Shown here: positions 40,378 to 50,031 of the stretch, one piece after another | Numbering within the stretch: the first letter of the stretch is position 1 | Layout: the number at the start of each line of letters is the position of its first letter | Assembly: GCA_037440185.1 (NCBI GenBank) | Contig: JBBIUP010000001.1 | Span: forward strand, 17,729-81,728 | Length of the DNA: 64,000 bases | Direction: 5' to 3' | Source: Meiothermus sp. | Lineage (GTDB): Bacteria > Deinococcota > Deinococci > Deinococcales > Thermaceae | The notes under the pieces: generated by a model | The model's input: only the letters and a program-made list of their open reading frames with translations | Databases searched by the model: none | Told to the model about the DNA's origin: nothing | Position numbers and translations under genes: made by a program

Positions 40378-42485
40378 AGCCATCACCTGACTATGCTGAG
40401 CGGGTTTATGCCGGTGTCTTGGGCAAGATGATCGGCGTGTTTCTGGGGCGACCTATCGAGGGCTGGACGTACAAACAGATTCAGGCCAGGTTCGGCGAGG
40501 TACAGAGCTACCTGCACGAAGCCGTGAACCGCCCGCTGATCCTCCCCGACGATGACCTGAGTGGAACCTTCACTTTCTTGCGGGCTTTGCAAGACAACCA
40601 GTATCCTCGCAACCTCACGTCCAAACAGATCGGTGAGGCCTGGCTCAACTACATCGTCGAGGGTCGTAGCATCTTGTGGTGGGGTGGGATAGGCAACTCT
40701 ACCGAGCAGACCGCTTACTTCCGGCTCAAACAAGGCGTCCCGGCCCCACAGAGCGGCAGCATGGAACTCAACACCAAACTGATTGCCGAGCAGATTGGGG
40801 CGCAAATTTTCATTGACGGCTGGGCCATGGTGGCCCCTGGCGACCCTGATCTAGCTTTTCACCTGGCAACCGGGGCAGCACGGGTTAGCCATGATGGTGA
40901 GGCCGTATACGCCGCCCAGGTGCTAGCAGTGATGGAGTCGCTGGCCTTCGTGGAGTCGGACTTGAATATATTGTTGGGTCTGGCACTAAGTTATATCCCC
41001 AAAGACAGCGTTATCTACCGACTGATCACCGACCTGCGCGAACTCCGGCAACAGGTAGACGATTGGCACCAGGCCAGAGCCTGGCTCGAGCGATACTATG
41101 GCCCCGACAAGTACGGGGGCAACGTGCACGTAGTGCCCAACCACGGGGTCATTATCCTGAGTCTGCTCTATGGCGCAAACGACTTTCTACAAACCCTGAT
41201 GATCGCCAATACCTGCGGTTGGGACACCGATTGCAACTCAGGCAATGTAGGCTGTTTGATGGGTATCAAGAATGGTCTGCCAGGCATTGACTCCGCCCGC
41301 CATCTGCGCGAACCCCTGGCCGACCGCCTGTTTGTCTCGAGTGCCGAGGGCTCCCGTAGCGTCACCAATGCAGCAACGCTTGCCGATGAAATTGTGCGAG
41401 CCGGACACCAGGTGGCCGGTCTCGAGTACACCCCACCAAAAGGTGGCGCACAGTACCACTTCGAATATCCGGGTTCGGTACAGGGTTTTGTAGCCGATGC
41501 GGGCTCGAGGGTTCAACTACACAACGTGGAAGGCCGCAGCCAGCGTGGTACACGCAGCCTGCAGCTCACCTTCGAGTTGGGCGGTCAGAACCCGGCTCGA
41601 GTCTTCACCCGCAGTTTCTTCCCGCCCGAAGTCCCGGAGCCACCCGACGCACCCTACGCCCGCAACCTGGGTAGCGGCTGGAACTATATGCTGCTGGCCT
41701 CACCGCGCTTTTATCCGGGTCAAACGGTTACGGTTGGGTTCTCAAGTAATTCGGCTGACTCCGAAGTTCGTCTGTTCTACCGTGCCTATGACGGCAATGA
41801 CCAACTGGTTTATGCCTATAGCCCTAAGGTCGCCTTGAATGGCAGGCAGCAAGAACTTTCTTGGCAACTTCCTGATATCGGTGGCCCTATTACCGACTTG
41901 GGTCTGGAAATCTCAGGGTCTGCGCGTAATGGTCAGTTGTTTCTCGACTTTCTTCAGGTCTCCGGCGAACCGGTAGCGTACTTTGCCAAATTGCTGGGAA
42001 CCGGAAGCATGTGGCGGCGGGCCTGGGTCAATGCTGTAGACCGGCTGGACAAACGCTTCCCCGAACCGTTTCGTATGCTGCACATGCATGGACTCGGCCA
42101 ACTCAGCATCGGTAGCCGCGACTGGCGCGATTATTCTGTCCGGGCCAGCCTCACCCCCTACCTGGCCAAACAAACCGGAGTAGCCGTGCGCCACCAGGGC
42201 CTCAACCGGTTCTACGCAGCCATGCTGGTTAAGCCAGGCAAGTTCCAACTCCTGAAATACCTGGGACAGCCAACGGTACTGGCCGAGACCCCTCTGGCCT
42301 GGAAAGAAAATCAGACCTACGAGATTGTGCTGTCCGTAAAGGGTTCGATGCTGAGCGCTGAAGTAGCTGGTGTACAACTTACGGCCCAGGATCTCGAGCC
42401 TGGGCTATCTTCTGGCGGCATCGCCCTGCTGATCGAGGAGGGCTGGCTCAGTTGCGATAGCGTGACCGTGCAGCCCAATCCTTGA
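40374..42485 (+). CDS. ADP-ribosylglycohydrolase family protein 3 with beta-rich C-terminal extension
   Basis: LGRPIEGW, PDDDLSG, IGAQIFID, GWDTDCNSG, plus about 350 aa of beta-sandwich-like sequence. Confidence 0.88.
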   Translation: MKPSPDYAERVYAGVLGKMIGVFLGRPIEGWTYKQIQARFGEVQSYLHEAVNRPLILPDDDLSGTFTFLRALQDNQYPRNLTSKQIGEAWLNYIVEGRSILWWGGIGNSTEQTAYFRLKQGVPAPQSGSMELNTKLIAEQIGAQIFIDGWAMVAPGDPDLAFHLATGAARVSHDGEAVYAAQVLAVMESLAFVESDLNILLGLALSYIPKDSVIYRLITDLRELRQQVDDWHQARAWLERYYGPDKYGGNVHVVPNHGVIILSLLYGANDFLQTLMIANTCGWDTDCNSGNVGCLMGIKNGLPGIDSARHLREPLADRLFVSSAEGSRSVTNAATLADEIVRAGHQVAGLEYTPPKGGAQYHFEYPGSVQGFVADAGSRVQLHNVEGRSQRGTRSLQLTFELGGQNPARVFTRSFFPPEVPEPPDAPYARNLGSGWNYMLLASPRFYPGQTVTVGFSSNSADSEVRLFYRAYDGNDQLVYAYSPKVALNGRQQELSWQLPDIGGPITDLGLEISGSARNGQLFLDFLQVSGEPVAYFAKLLGTGSMWRRAWVNAVDRLDKRFPEPFRMLHMHGLGQLSIGSRDWRDYSVRASLTPYLAKQTGVAVRHQGLNRFYAAMLVKPGKFQLLKYLGQPTVLAETPLAWKENQTYEIVLSVKGSMLSAEVAGVQLTAQDLEPGLSSGGIALLIEEGWLSCDSVTVQPNP

Positions 42486-42859
42486 TTTCATCTCAGCCTG
42501 GTGGTTACGAGATCGCCTGGATTTTAGTGATCCAGGGTTGCTTTGGCCCTTGGATAGTGTCTACAGAAGGTTAGCAAGTATCTCCACACCAGAAATGGGG
42601 TGTGCGTGTCAGAGCCAGCAATGAAGCTGCGCCACCGCAAACCTCTGACCATCCATGGGCAATCCCGGTGGCCGACATTTCTAGAGCGGTTTTCAGGAAG
42701 AATCAGTTGGCTCCCTGGGCAGAAATGCTGTGCATGGCTGATTTGTTTGCTGCTTGGAGCTGGACGCACGTATCAATTCCCCTCAGGCGTTACATCAGCC
42801 AAAGTATCTCGGTTGAAAATCACCAGGCGTTCGCAAACATCGTCCTATACTCCAAAGCG

Positions 42860-43234
42860 ATGAGCACCCTGTTCGTCCCTCTGCTAATCACTTTTGCGCT
42901 TGGTGTAGCCGCATATCTTGCTCACCGCACCATGAACCAGATGCACCGCCGCCTGCTCGATTCCGAGTTGGGCGGGCGCGAGTACAACCACCTGAGCGAT
43001 CATGACCGCTATTTCCTCAACGAGACCGTCAATCTCAAATTCCACCAGTCTATCGGTGGCAAGCTGGCTTCTTTCGTGCTGCTATATGCTTATCCCACAC
43101 TTTTTATCGGCGAGAAAATGTTAGGCCGTACCCAGTGGAGCGCCGTAGAGGTCATTGGCGGCTCGTCGCTGTTCTACTTTTTGGTGCTGGCCCTGGTGGG
43201 TCTAACCACCCAAGTTATCTTGCTGCAAGGCTAG
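42860..43234 (+). CDS. Hypothetical membrane protein (124 aa)
   Basis: TATACT 8 nt before ATG 42860 (leaderless); three hydrophobic segments. The longer ORF-track start is unlikely. Confidence 0.6.
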   Translation: MSTLFVPLLITFALGVAAYLAHRTMNQMHRRLLDSELGGREYNHLSDHDRYFLNETVNLKFHQSIGGKLASFVLLYAYPTLFIGEKMLGRTQWSAVEVIGGSSLFYFLVLALVGLTTQVILLQG

Positions 43235-43376
43235 TCATACCGACTTAAGGGGATTACTTGCGTAACCACGGGAATTAGTCAACCGCAAGTAATCCCCCGA
43301 CCAACGGGAGTAAAAGAGGAATTAGCCTGAACACTTTAGGCTCGCATACGAAAGTGTTCAGGCTAATTCCGTATCA
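43235..43376. repeat. Deinococcota SNR/MITE-like double-hairpin repeat
   Basis: Ends TCATACCGA...TCCGTATCA; 14-bp stem (43249-62/43284-97), CCGACCAACGGGAG core, 20-bp stem (43318-37/43351-70). Confidence 0.7.
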
Positions 43377-43551
43377 GAGCGGTTGCCAGGAATACCCGGT
43401 ACAACGGTTTTTGTTGCACTGGATTCATTACGCTGCATGACGCGCAGAGTAATTGTGGGAACCGCGATCCAAACCCACACAGATCCAGGATGGGTTCTTG
43501 AGGGGAGTTTTATGTCTACGCCAATGTTGTCCGCATGAGCAGACCCCCTGA

Positions 43552-44259
43552 TTATCGCTTGAGCAATTCCAGTGCCACCCACAACCCCAGCCGTCGTTCG
43601 GGGCTGTCCAGATCACCCAACATGCCCTTAAGCTGTTCCAGGCGGTAGTAGATACTCTGCCGACGCACCCCCAGCTTGCGGGCCGTTTCAGCAATGTTGA
43701 ACTGCGAAGTCAGCAGGGCTTCCAGGGTAGCCAATAAGGTACTTTGGGGTCGGCTGGGCAGGCTCAAGATAGTGCCCAGTTGACGCTGCAAAAAGCTTCG
43801 ATCGCGGCCTGTCTCGACCAGGGCTTCCAGCAGCGACTCCAAGAGCGGCTCTTCCCTATCTACCCCAGGTCGCAAAATCCGCTCGTGGGCAGCGCGGGTT
43901 AGATCGGCGAAGCGTACCTCGGTACGAAAAGTCAGAATTGGAAATTGCAGCATACGGGCCGTTTGCAGCATCTCGGCTGGCACTTCCTGCAACCACTGCA
44001 CCAGCTCGAGGGCCAATCCCCCTACGCCAACCTCTACTAACGAGTGCACATACGCCACACGGGCCTCTGAGGTGGTGCGGGATAGCTCGAGGCCGGTCGA
44101 AAGCAACAATTCACCCCCCGACAGAAGCCTTGCCACGTCCAGCACCTCGGCCACGTGTACCCAGGTAATGTAGGCCTCGAGTTTGGCCTGCCCCGACAGC
44201 AACTCCGCACCCGCAAAAGCAGGCAGCTCGAGGATTTGTCGCAGGGTGGGAAGGCTCAT
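43552..44259 (-). CDS. PucR family transcriptional regulator (short form)
   Basis: ITWVHVAE, LSGGELLLSTG N-domain; C-terminal HTH NIAETARKLGVRRQSIYYRL. Confidence 0.88.
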   Translation of the reverse strand: MSLPTLRQILELPAFAGAELLSGQAKLEAYITWVHVAEVLDVARLLSGGELLLSTGLELSRTTSEARVAYVHSLVEVGVGGLALELVQWLQEVPAEMLQTARMLQFPILTFRTEVRFADLTRAAHERILRPGVDREEPLLESLLEALVETGRDRSFLQRQLGTILSLPSRPQSTLLATLEALLTSQFNIAETARKLGVRRQSIYYRLEQLKGMLGDLDSPERRLGLWVALELLKR

Positions 44260-44273
44260 GGGTATAACGGCGA

Positions 44274-45545
44274 TCAAGGTTCAGAACGGGCAGTTCCAGG
44301 CAAAACCCAGTGCTCCAGAATCCAGCGCATGGTCTTGTCGGCCAAGCGATCCAGCGCCTGCACCGCCATCTCGAGGTGCTCTTCTCTGGTGTCCTCAATC
44401 TTGTTGTGGCTGATACCGTGCAGGCTCTGGGTGAACATCATCACGGTGGGGATGCCTGCACGCGCGACTTCTGCAGCATCGTGTAGAGGGCCCGAGGGCA
44501 GACGGTACGAGACCCCGGCCACCTCACGGATGGCCTCATCACAAAACTCAATGAGCTGCGGGTGGAAGGGAATTGGCTCGATGTTCCAAATTCGGCTCCA
44601 CTCCATAGTGCAATTTTCTTCTCTGGCAAAACGCTCGCTGGCCTCATGGGCCTCGGCCAGCATCTGGGCCAGTACATTGGCATCGAGATCGCGCTGGTCG
44701 AGCGTGGTCTCGCAGCGCCCCACCACTGCGGTCACGATGCCAGGAAAGGTTTTGACACTGCCCATCGTACAGACCGCATCCGGGTGCTTCATGGCGATGG
44801 GGCGGATTTCCAGCGCCAGCTTGGCGGCTGCCGCCAGGGCGTCTTTGCGGCGGTTCATCGGCGTTGAGCCAGAGTGGGCCTCCTGACCGTGGAAGGTAAT
44901 GGTGTGGCGTTCTACCCCTTTGGTGCCCAACACCACACCCAGCGGCAGGCCTTTGTCCAAAAGTACCGGGCCTTGCTCGATGTGCAGTTCGAGGTAGGCG
45001 GCGGCGTTTTTTCGCTCAACCCGGGCCTCGGGAAAACGATCCATCTCCACTCCACAGCGGCGTAAGGCATCTTCCAGCCGGATGCCTTCGCGGTCGGTAC
45101 GGCCCCGATCGGCCTCGATGGTATGGGTTCCGGCAAAAGCCGAAGAGCCCAGCAGGCTCCGCCCGAATCGAGCCCCCTCTTCATCAGCCCAATCCACCAG
45201 TCGCACCGTGACGGGGGGGTTTCCTTCGTATTCCTCGGCAATTCGGCGCAAGACCTCGAGGCCCGCCAGCACATTAAGGCAGCCATCCAGCCAGCCCCCG
45301 CCGGGCACCGAGTCCAGGTGGCCGCCAATCAGCAGGGCTTTCTCCGACTTGCCCCTGAGTGTGACCCAGTTGTTGCCCGCTGCATCATAGTGATGTTCGA
45401 CCGGTAAGCCCGCCAGCTTGGATTCAAACCACTCTCTGGCTTTCAACCAGGTATCGGTCCAGGCCACCCGCCAGGCCCCATTCTCATCACCCGTCAGGGC
45501 CCGCAGTTCTTTGAGTTCAGCGACCGTTCGTTTGGGCTCGAGCAT
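44274..45545 (-). CDS. Zn-dependent N-carbamoyl-amino acid hydrolase / beta-ureidopropionase (M20)
   Basis: GHLDSVP, EEGARFG, ELHIEQGP, HSGSTPM, GPLHDA; in the pyrimidine catabolic cluster. Confidence 0.88.
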   Translation of the reverse strand: MLEPKRTVAELKELRALTGDENGAWRVAWTDTWLKAREWFESKLAGLPVEHHYDAAGNNWVTLRGKSEKALLIGGHLDSVPGGGWLDGCLNVLAGLEVLRRIAEEYEGNPPVTVRLVDWADEEGARFGRSLLGSSAFAGTHTIEADRGRTDREGIRLEDALRRCGVEMDRFPEARVERKNAAAYLELHIEQGPVLLDKGLPLGVVLGTKGVERHTITFHGQEAHSGSTPMNRRKDALAAAAKLALEIRPIAMKHPDAVCTMGSVKTFPGIVTAVVGRCETTLDQRDLDANVLAQMLAEAHEASERFAREENCTMEWSRIWNIEPIPFHPQLIEFCDEAIREVAGVSYRLPSGPLHDAAEVARAGIPTVMMFTQSLHGISHNKIEDTREEHLEMAVQALDRLADKTMRWILEHWVLPGTARSEP

Positions 45546-45650
45546 GCTTTCCTCCACGATGGAACTGAAGCAATTCTACTGCTGTCACAAAAAGGGCGAC
45601 CCGCAGGCCGCCCCCAGAACATTCGTTGACTAAGTGTTTCCATGATGACT

Positions 45651-45918
45651 TTGCGAAATCCGCCCGGCAACGCCCTGGGGAATTGCGCCTACCACGAGGT
45701 AGTTGCCCTTCGTACTGACGACATTTCGCAAAATCACGATGGCGCAACTTAACAGAGGTTCAACGAATCTCCCCCATCCATGCCCGGAATCTTTCTCCGG
45801 GGCATTTAAGTTGCGCCAGGGTAGATGGGCTAAACCAGCGGAATCGGCCTGTAGGTACCTGGCGCAATTCCCCTGGGTGCACAGCAGCAAGGCTGCTGTC
45901 CCGAAGGGGATCGTCCCC
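45651..45918. repeat. Cluster of nested inverted repeats (REP/REPIN-like)
   Basis: GGGGAATTGCGCC/GGCGCAATTCCCC, GGCGCAACTTAA/TTAAGTTGCGCC, an inner hairpin, and the GGTGCAC...GTCCCGAAGGGG element. Confidence 0.6.
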
Positions 45919-45963
45919 ACCGATCTTGCGGGACAGGATCTCGCATTTCAACGATGGAGACAT

Positions 45964-47049
45964 TTAGCGATAGTCTCTGGCCCGTTTGCCGGTGGCCGCT
46001 TCCCAGGGTCCATAGTCCACCGTGGCTGCTGGCGGGTCTCTGGTCAAAATCCCCTGCTCACGCAACAGGCGCACCGAGGCCTGGTAGTCGGCAGGCACCA
46101 ATAATCCAGCCCAGCCCTTGGTGGTAGCACCGGCGTTGTAGAGCTTGGCAATTTCGGCCATCTGCCAGGTCTGGTGTCCCTTGGCATCGGCTCGGGTGCC
46201 AGAACCCTTGCAGGTATTGCCGCAGAAGGGCAGCACATACTTCTCTACCGTTTCGGCCTGGTTGGCCACAGCCCAGTTCCAGCCCTGGATGGAGGCCCGG
46301 ATCAGGCGGGCAGCCACTTGGCGACCTGTGAGGCCCGAACCCTTAAAGTTGCGCTCGTTCAGCACGCGCTCGCTGGTGAAGATCAGGTCTTCCAGCAGGT
46401 TGATACCCTCGTCGGCCAGCTTGAACACATCCACCCTGGTTTCATCGTAGCCCAACCCGGCAATCTGGTTGACTTCGTTGTAAGTCATGGCGGCAACCAG
46501 TTGTACCTTATCGGGAAAAACCAGCGAGGGATCAAAGGGATAGCTCACAGCCGTCACATTGGGGTTGGAGGCACGGGGGTCGAGCGAGCTGGTCAGGTTA
46601 CACTTGCGAAACAGCGCCACCGCTGGGTACTCGTTGCCCGAGGGCCAGACCCCCACGCTCTTGCCCTTCATATCAGCGCAGAGGTTTTTGATGTTGCTGG
46701 ACTTGAGTGAAACCAGGGTAAAGCCCGAGCGCTGGAACATCTGGGCAATATGCACCACCGGAATACCACGCTCACGGGCGGTTAGTAGATCGGCAATCCA
46801 GGTCGTACCAAAATCGGCCGCTCCAGATTGCACCACTTGAATAGGAGATTGATCGCCAGCCGGCAGCAGGGTCACATCCAGCCCCTGGGCTCGGAAAAAG
46901 CCTCGCTCCTTGGCTACAAAATAGCCAGCGAACTGGGCCTGGGGAAACCACTTGAGCTGTAGATTCACCTTCACTAAGTTCTGCTGCGCACTCCCCAGCG
47001 ATGCCAACGCGAAGACTGCCAGTACCAAAAAGACCGACCACTTCTTCAT
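45964..47049 (-). CDS. ABC substrate-binding protein, NMT1/THI5 family (pyrimidine uptake)
   Basis: LQLKWFPQAQFAGYFVA, AMTYNE; signal peptide. Confidence 0.88.
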   Translation of the reverse strand: MKKWSVFLVLAVFALASLGSAQQNLVKVNLQLKWFPQAQFAGYFVAKERGFFRAQGLDVTLLPAGDQSPIQVVQSGAADFGTTWIADLLTARERGIPVVHIAQMFQRSGFTLVSLKSSNIKNLCADMKGKSVGVWPSGNEYPAVALFRKCNLTSSLDPRASNPNVTAVSYPFDPSLVFPDKVQLVAAMTYNEVNQIAGLGYDETRVDVFKLADEGINLLEDLIFTSERVLNERNFKGSGLTGRQVAARLIRASIQGWNWAVANQAETVEKYVLPFCGNTCKGSGTRADAKGHQTWQMAEIAKLYNAGATTKGWAGLLVPADYQASVRLLREQGILTRDPPAATVDYGPWEAATGKRARDYR

Positions 47050-47307
47050 CCTTGCCTCCTTTTGTGCCAGAGCGACTTCAGATGGTAGCCTACCTTAGCC
47101 GAATACCCATTTGTCAAGATGCTGCTTCCACCTCCCTGTAGCAAATAGCCGATGGCTTATGGCGAAAGACATTTTTGGCTATCGGCCATAAGCTATCTGC
47201 AATCAGCCCTCCCTGAATGAAACATGCCATCCGGTTAACCTCCGCTCGAGATGCTGGTTTCGCCGCGAAGCGGGGTGACCGAAGGTGCGAGCCTGGCACA
47301 AGGGTCG

Positions 47308-48279
47308 TCAGCGATACGATACATGCCATGTAGTTAGTCTCCGCTCGAGCCACGCCACCAGGTTGTACCAGGCAATACCGATGATCGAGGCCACAATAAT
47401 GGCCGACCAGACGATATCGAAGCCAAAACGGCCTGCCTCAATCTGGATCCGAAAACCCAGACCCTGCCCATTGGCTCCAAAAAACTCCCCCACAATCGCG
47501 CCAATCATGGCCAGGGTCGTACCAAGCTTGAGGGCATTGAAGATGAACGGCAAGGCATTGGGCAGCCTTAGCCAGCGGTACTGTTGCAGTTCACCCGCCG
47601 CATACGAGCGCATCAGGTCGAGCGATAGCGGGCTGACCTCGGTAAGGCCCCGGAAGGTATTAACCACCACCGGAAAAAACACCGTGATAGCCACAATCAC
47701 CGCTTTAGATTGCCAGTCTATGCCCACCATTTTGACCAAGACCGGGGCCAGGGCCACGATGGGAATGCTGCTAAAAACCGTGGCGTAGGGCAAAAGGCCG
47801 CGCTCGAGGAACACATACCGGCTCACCAACAATGCCAAAATCACCCCCAGGCTAGACCCGATCAAATACCCCACCAAAGCTTCCAACACCACCGTCTGAA
47901 AGGCATCGCGCAGCAGTACGTCCTGCACTTCTAACAAGGTAGACAACACCCGGCTGGGCGTTGGGATTAGTCCCGGAGGAACCTGATAGGCCCGCAGCAA
48001 GGCTTCTGCCGTCACTACCACCACCATCAAGGTCAGGGCGGCTGGAGTAAAGCCGATGATTGGATTGGTCGTGCTCACAAATTGGTTGGCAACCCTGGCA
48101 ATGCCCAGCACTGCCAGCAAGAACCCAACCCCGATCAGAAGTTTTTGGGCATCGGTGGCCTGTTCGGTCTGGTTCCACCAGCTTGCAATGAACCACAGCA
48201 AAGCCGCAAACCCAACCACCAGCATCCCCCAATCCAGCAGGGCCGTTCGCGGGACTGGTTTAGTGGGTTGGGCCATCAT
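47308..48279 (-). CDS. ABC permease (SsuC/TauC type)
   Basis: IPIVALAP, FFPVVVN, LPNALPFIF, GAIVGEF. Confidence 0.9.
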   Translation of the reverse strand: MMAQPTKPVPRTALLDWGMLVVGFAALLWFIASWWNQTEQATDAQKLLIGVGFLLAVLGIARVANQFVSTTNPIIGFTPAALTLMVVVVTAEALLRAYQVPPGLIPTPSRVLSTLLEVQDVLLRDAFQTVVLEALVGYLIGSSLGVILALLVSRYVFLERGLLPYATVFSSIPIVALAPVLVKMVGIDWQSKAVIVAITVFFPVVVNTFRGLTEVSPLSLDLMRSYAAGELQQYRWLRLPNALPFIFNALKLGTTLAMIGAIVGEFFGANGQGLGFRIQIEAGRFGFDIVWSAIIVASIIGIAWYNLVAWLERRLTTWHVSYR

Positions 48280-49199
48280 TACCTCACCCCCTCCCCCTGC
48301 GGCACCCGTACCTGCTTGGAAGATGGAGCCGCTACAGACTTGGCCCGTTGCCAGGGGGTTACCAAACGTTCAACCCAGTTCACCAGGGCTACCAGCAAAA
48401 TACCCAACACTGCCGACGAGAGCATGATGACCCACATCGCCACCACATCCGAAGCCCGCGAGTTTTCGGCCAGCATCTTCCCAATGCCCTGAAAGCTGAT
48501 GGTAGAAATCTCGGCCACTATGGCCCCAATCAAGGCCGCCGCCATGGCCACTTTGAAAGCCGTGAAGAGATAGGGAATGGACGCTGGAAAACGCAGCTTT
48601 AGATAGGTCTGCCAGTTGTTGGCGTTGTAGGTTTTCATCAGGTCGAGGCTGAGGGGGTCGGGGCTCTTGAGTCCCTTGGCCACTCCAATGGCAATGGGAA
48701 AAAAGGCAATATAAGCCGCGATGATGGCCTTGGGAATCCAACCCTGTACCCCATACTGCCCCAAGAGCACTACCAGCATGGGGGCAATGGCGATCACCGG
48801 AACGGTCTGGGAAGCCACAATCCAGGGCAGCAGCGAACGCTCGAAGGCCCGCGAAGCCACAATTCCAATGGCGAAAAAGAAACCTACGATGGCCGCCAGC
48901 AGCAGACCGACAATGGTCTCGAGGGCAGTCACTACGGCATTGATCGGGATAGCATTGGGCGAGGAGAGCGGAAACATCAGGTTGCGAAAACCGTTCCAGA
49001 GCTGCTGCGGTGAGGGCAAGACGGGGCTGCGCAACTGGGTTGCACACTCCACTGCCGTCTTGCAGGGCAACACCGCTCCAGTATCCAGCGCTCGCTGGGC
49101 TGCGGGAATATTCGCCAAATACATCAGCGGCCAATACAGCACCAGCGCAATCACCGCCACTACCAGCATGGGAACCAGATTGGGGGAGATATGGGTCAC
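48279..49199 (-). CDS. ABC permease (SsuC/TauC type)
   Basis: QTVPVIAIAP, FPASIPYLF, GAIVAE. Confidence 0.9.
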   Translation of the reverse strand: MTHISPNLVPMLVVAVIALVLYWPLMYLANIPAAQRALDTGAVLPCKTAVECATQLRSPVLPSPQQLWNGFRNLMFPLSSPNAIPINAVVTALETIVGLLLAAIVGFFFAIGIVASRAFERSLLPWIVASQTVPVIAIAPMLVVLLGQYGVQGWIPKAIIAAYIAFFPIAIGVAKGLKSPDPLSLDLMKTYNANNWQTYLKLRFPASIPYLFTAFKVAMAAALIGAIVAEISTISFQGIGKMLAENSRASDVVAMWVIMLSSAVLGILLVALVNWVERLVTPWQRAKSVAAPSSKQVRVPQGEGVR

Positions 49200-50023
49200 T
49201 CGGTCACCTCATACCCGTGGCCTTTGCGCAGTGCCTCGCGTACCTCGGTAGCGATGTTGAAAAACCCGGCGGTCTCGCGGGTATCGAAGGTACGCGGCTG
49301 GGGCAGGTCTACCGGGATCACGGTCTCGATCTTGCCGGGGCGTGGGGTCATGACCACAATGCGGGTCGAGAGGAACACCGCCTCCGGGATGGAGTGGGTC
49401 ACAAAGATGATGGTCTTGCCGGTTTCGCGCCACAGCCGCAAAAGCTCGAGGTTCAGGTTCTCGCGGGTTATTTCGTCCAGGGCGCCAAATGGCTCGTCCA
49501 TAAACAGCAATTGCGGATCGAAGGCCAAAGCCCGCGCAATGGAGACCCGCTGCTGCATCCCGCCCGAAAGCTGCCAGGGGTAGTTTTTGGCAAACTTCTC
49601 CAATCCCACCAGCACCAGCATCTTCTCGGCCCTGGCTTTGCGCTCCCCAGCCGGAAAGTTCATCACCTCCAAGGGCAGCATCACGTTGGAGAGCACCGTG
49701 CGCCACTCCATCAGGGTGGGAGCTTGAAAGACATAGCCGTAGGCCCGGCTCTTTCGAGCCTCCTCCGGATTTTTCCCACCGATCTGGATGGTTCCCGAGG
49801 TCGGTCTAATGAGGTCGGCCAGCAGGCGGAGTAGGGTGGTTTTGCCACAACCCGATGGCCCAATCAGGCTGATGAACTCGCCGGGGGCGATCTCGAGGTT
49901 CGCATCCTTGAGCGCCACCGTTCCGGTCTGGAAAACCATCGAAACGTTCTGCACCCAGACAATAGGATCGGCTTTCGCGTGGGCAGAGGATGTGGGGGCG
50001 TTGGGGGTATTGGATTGCATCAT
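49196..50023 (-). CDS. ABC ATP-binding protein (TauB type)
   Basis: GPSGCGKT, LSGGMQQR, MDEPFGALD. Confidence 0.93.
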   Translation of the reverse strand: MMQSNTPNAPTSSAHAKADPIVWVQNVSMVFQTGTVALKDANLEIAPGEFISLIGPSGCGKTTLLRLLADLIRPTSGTIQIGGKNPEEARKSRAYGYVFQAPTLMEWRTVLSNVMLPLEVMNFPAGERKARAEKMLVLVGLEKFAKNYPWQLSGGMQQRVSIARALAFDPQLLFMDEPFGALDEITRENLNLELLRLWRETGKTIIFVTHSIPEAVFLSTRIVVMTPRPGKIETVIPVDLPQPRTFDTRETAGFFNIATEVREALRKGHGYEVTE

Positions 50024-50031
50024 GGGCTTTC

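Noticed and set aside
42490-42859. Short ORFs upstream of the hypothetical membrane gene
   Set aside because: No RBS, no motifs and atypical composition.
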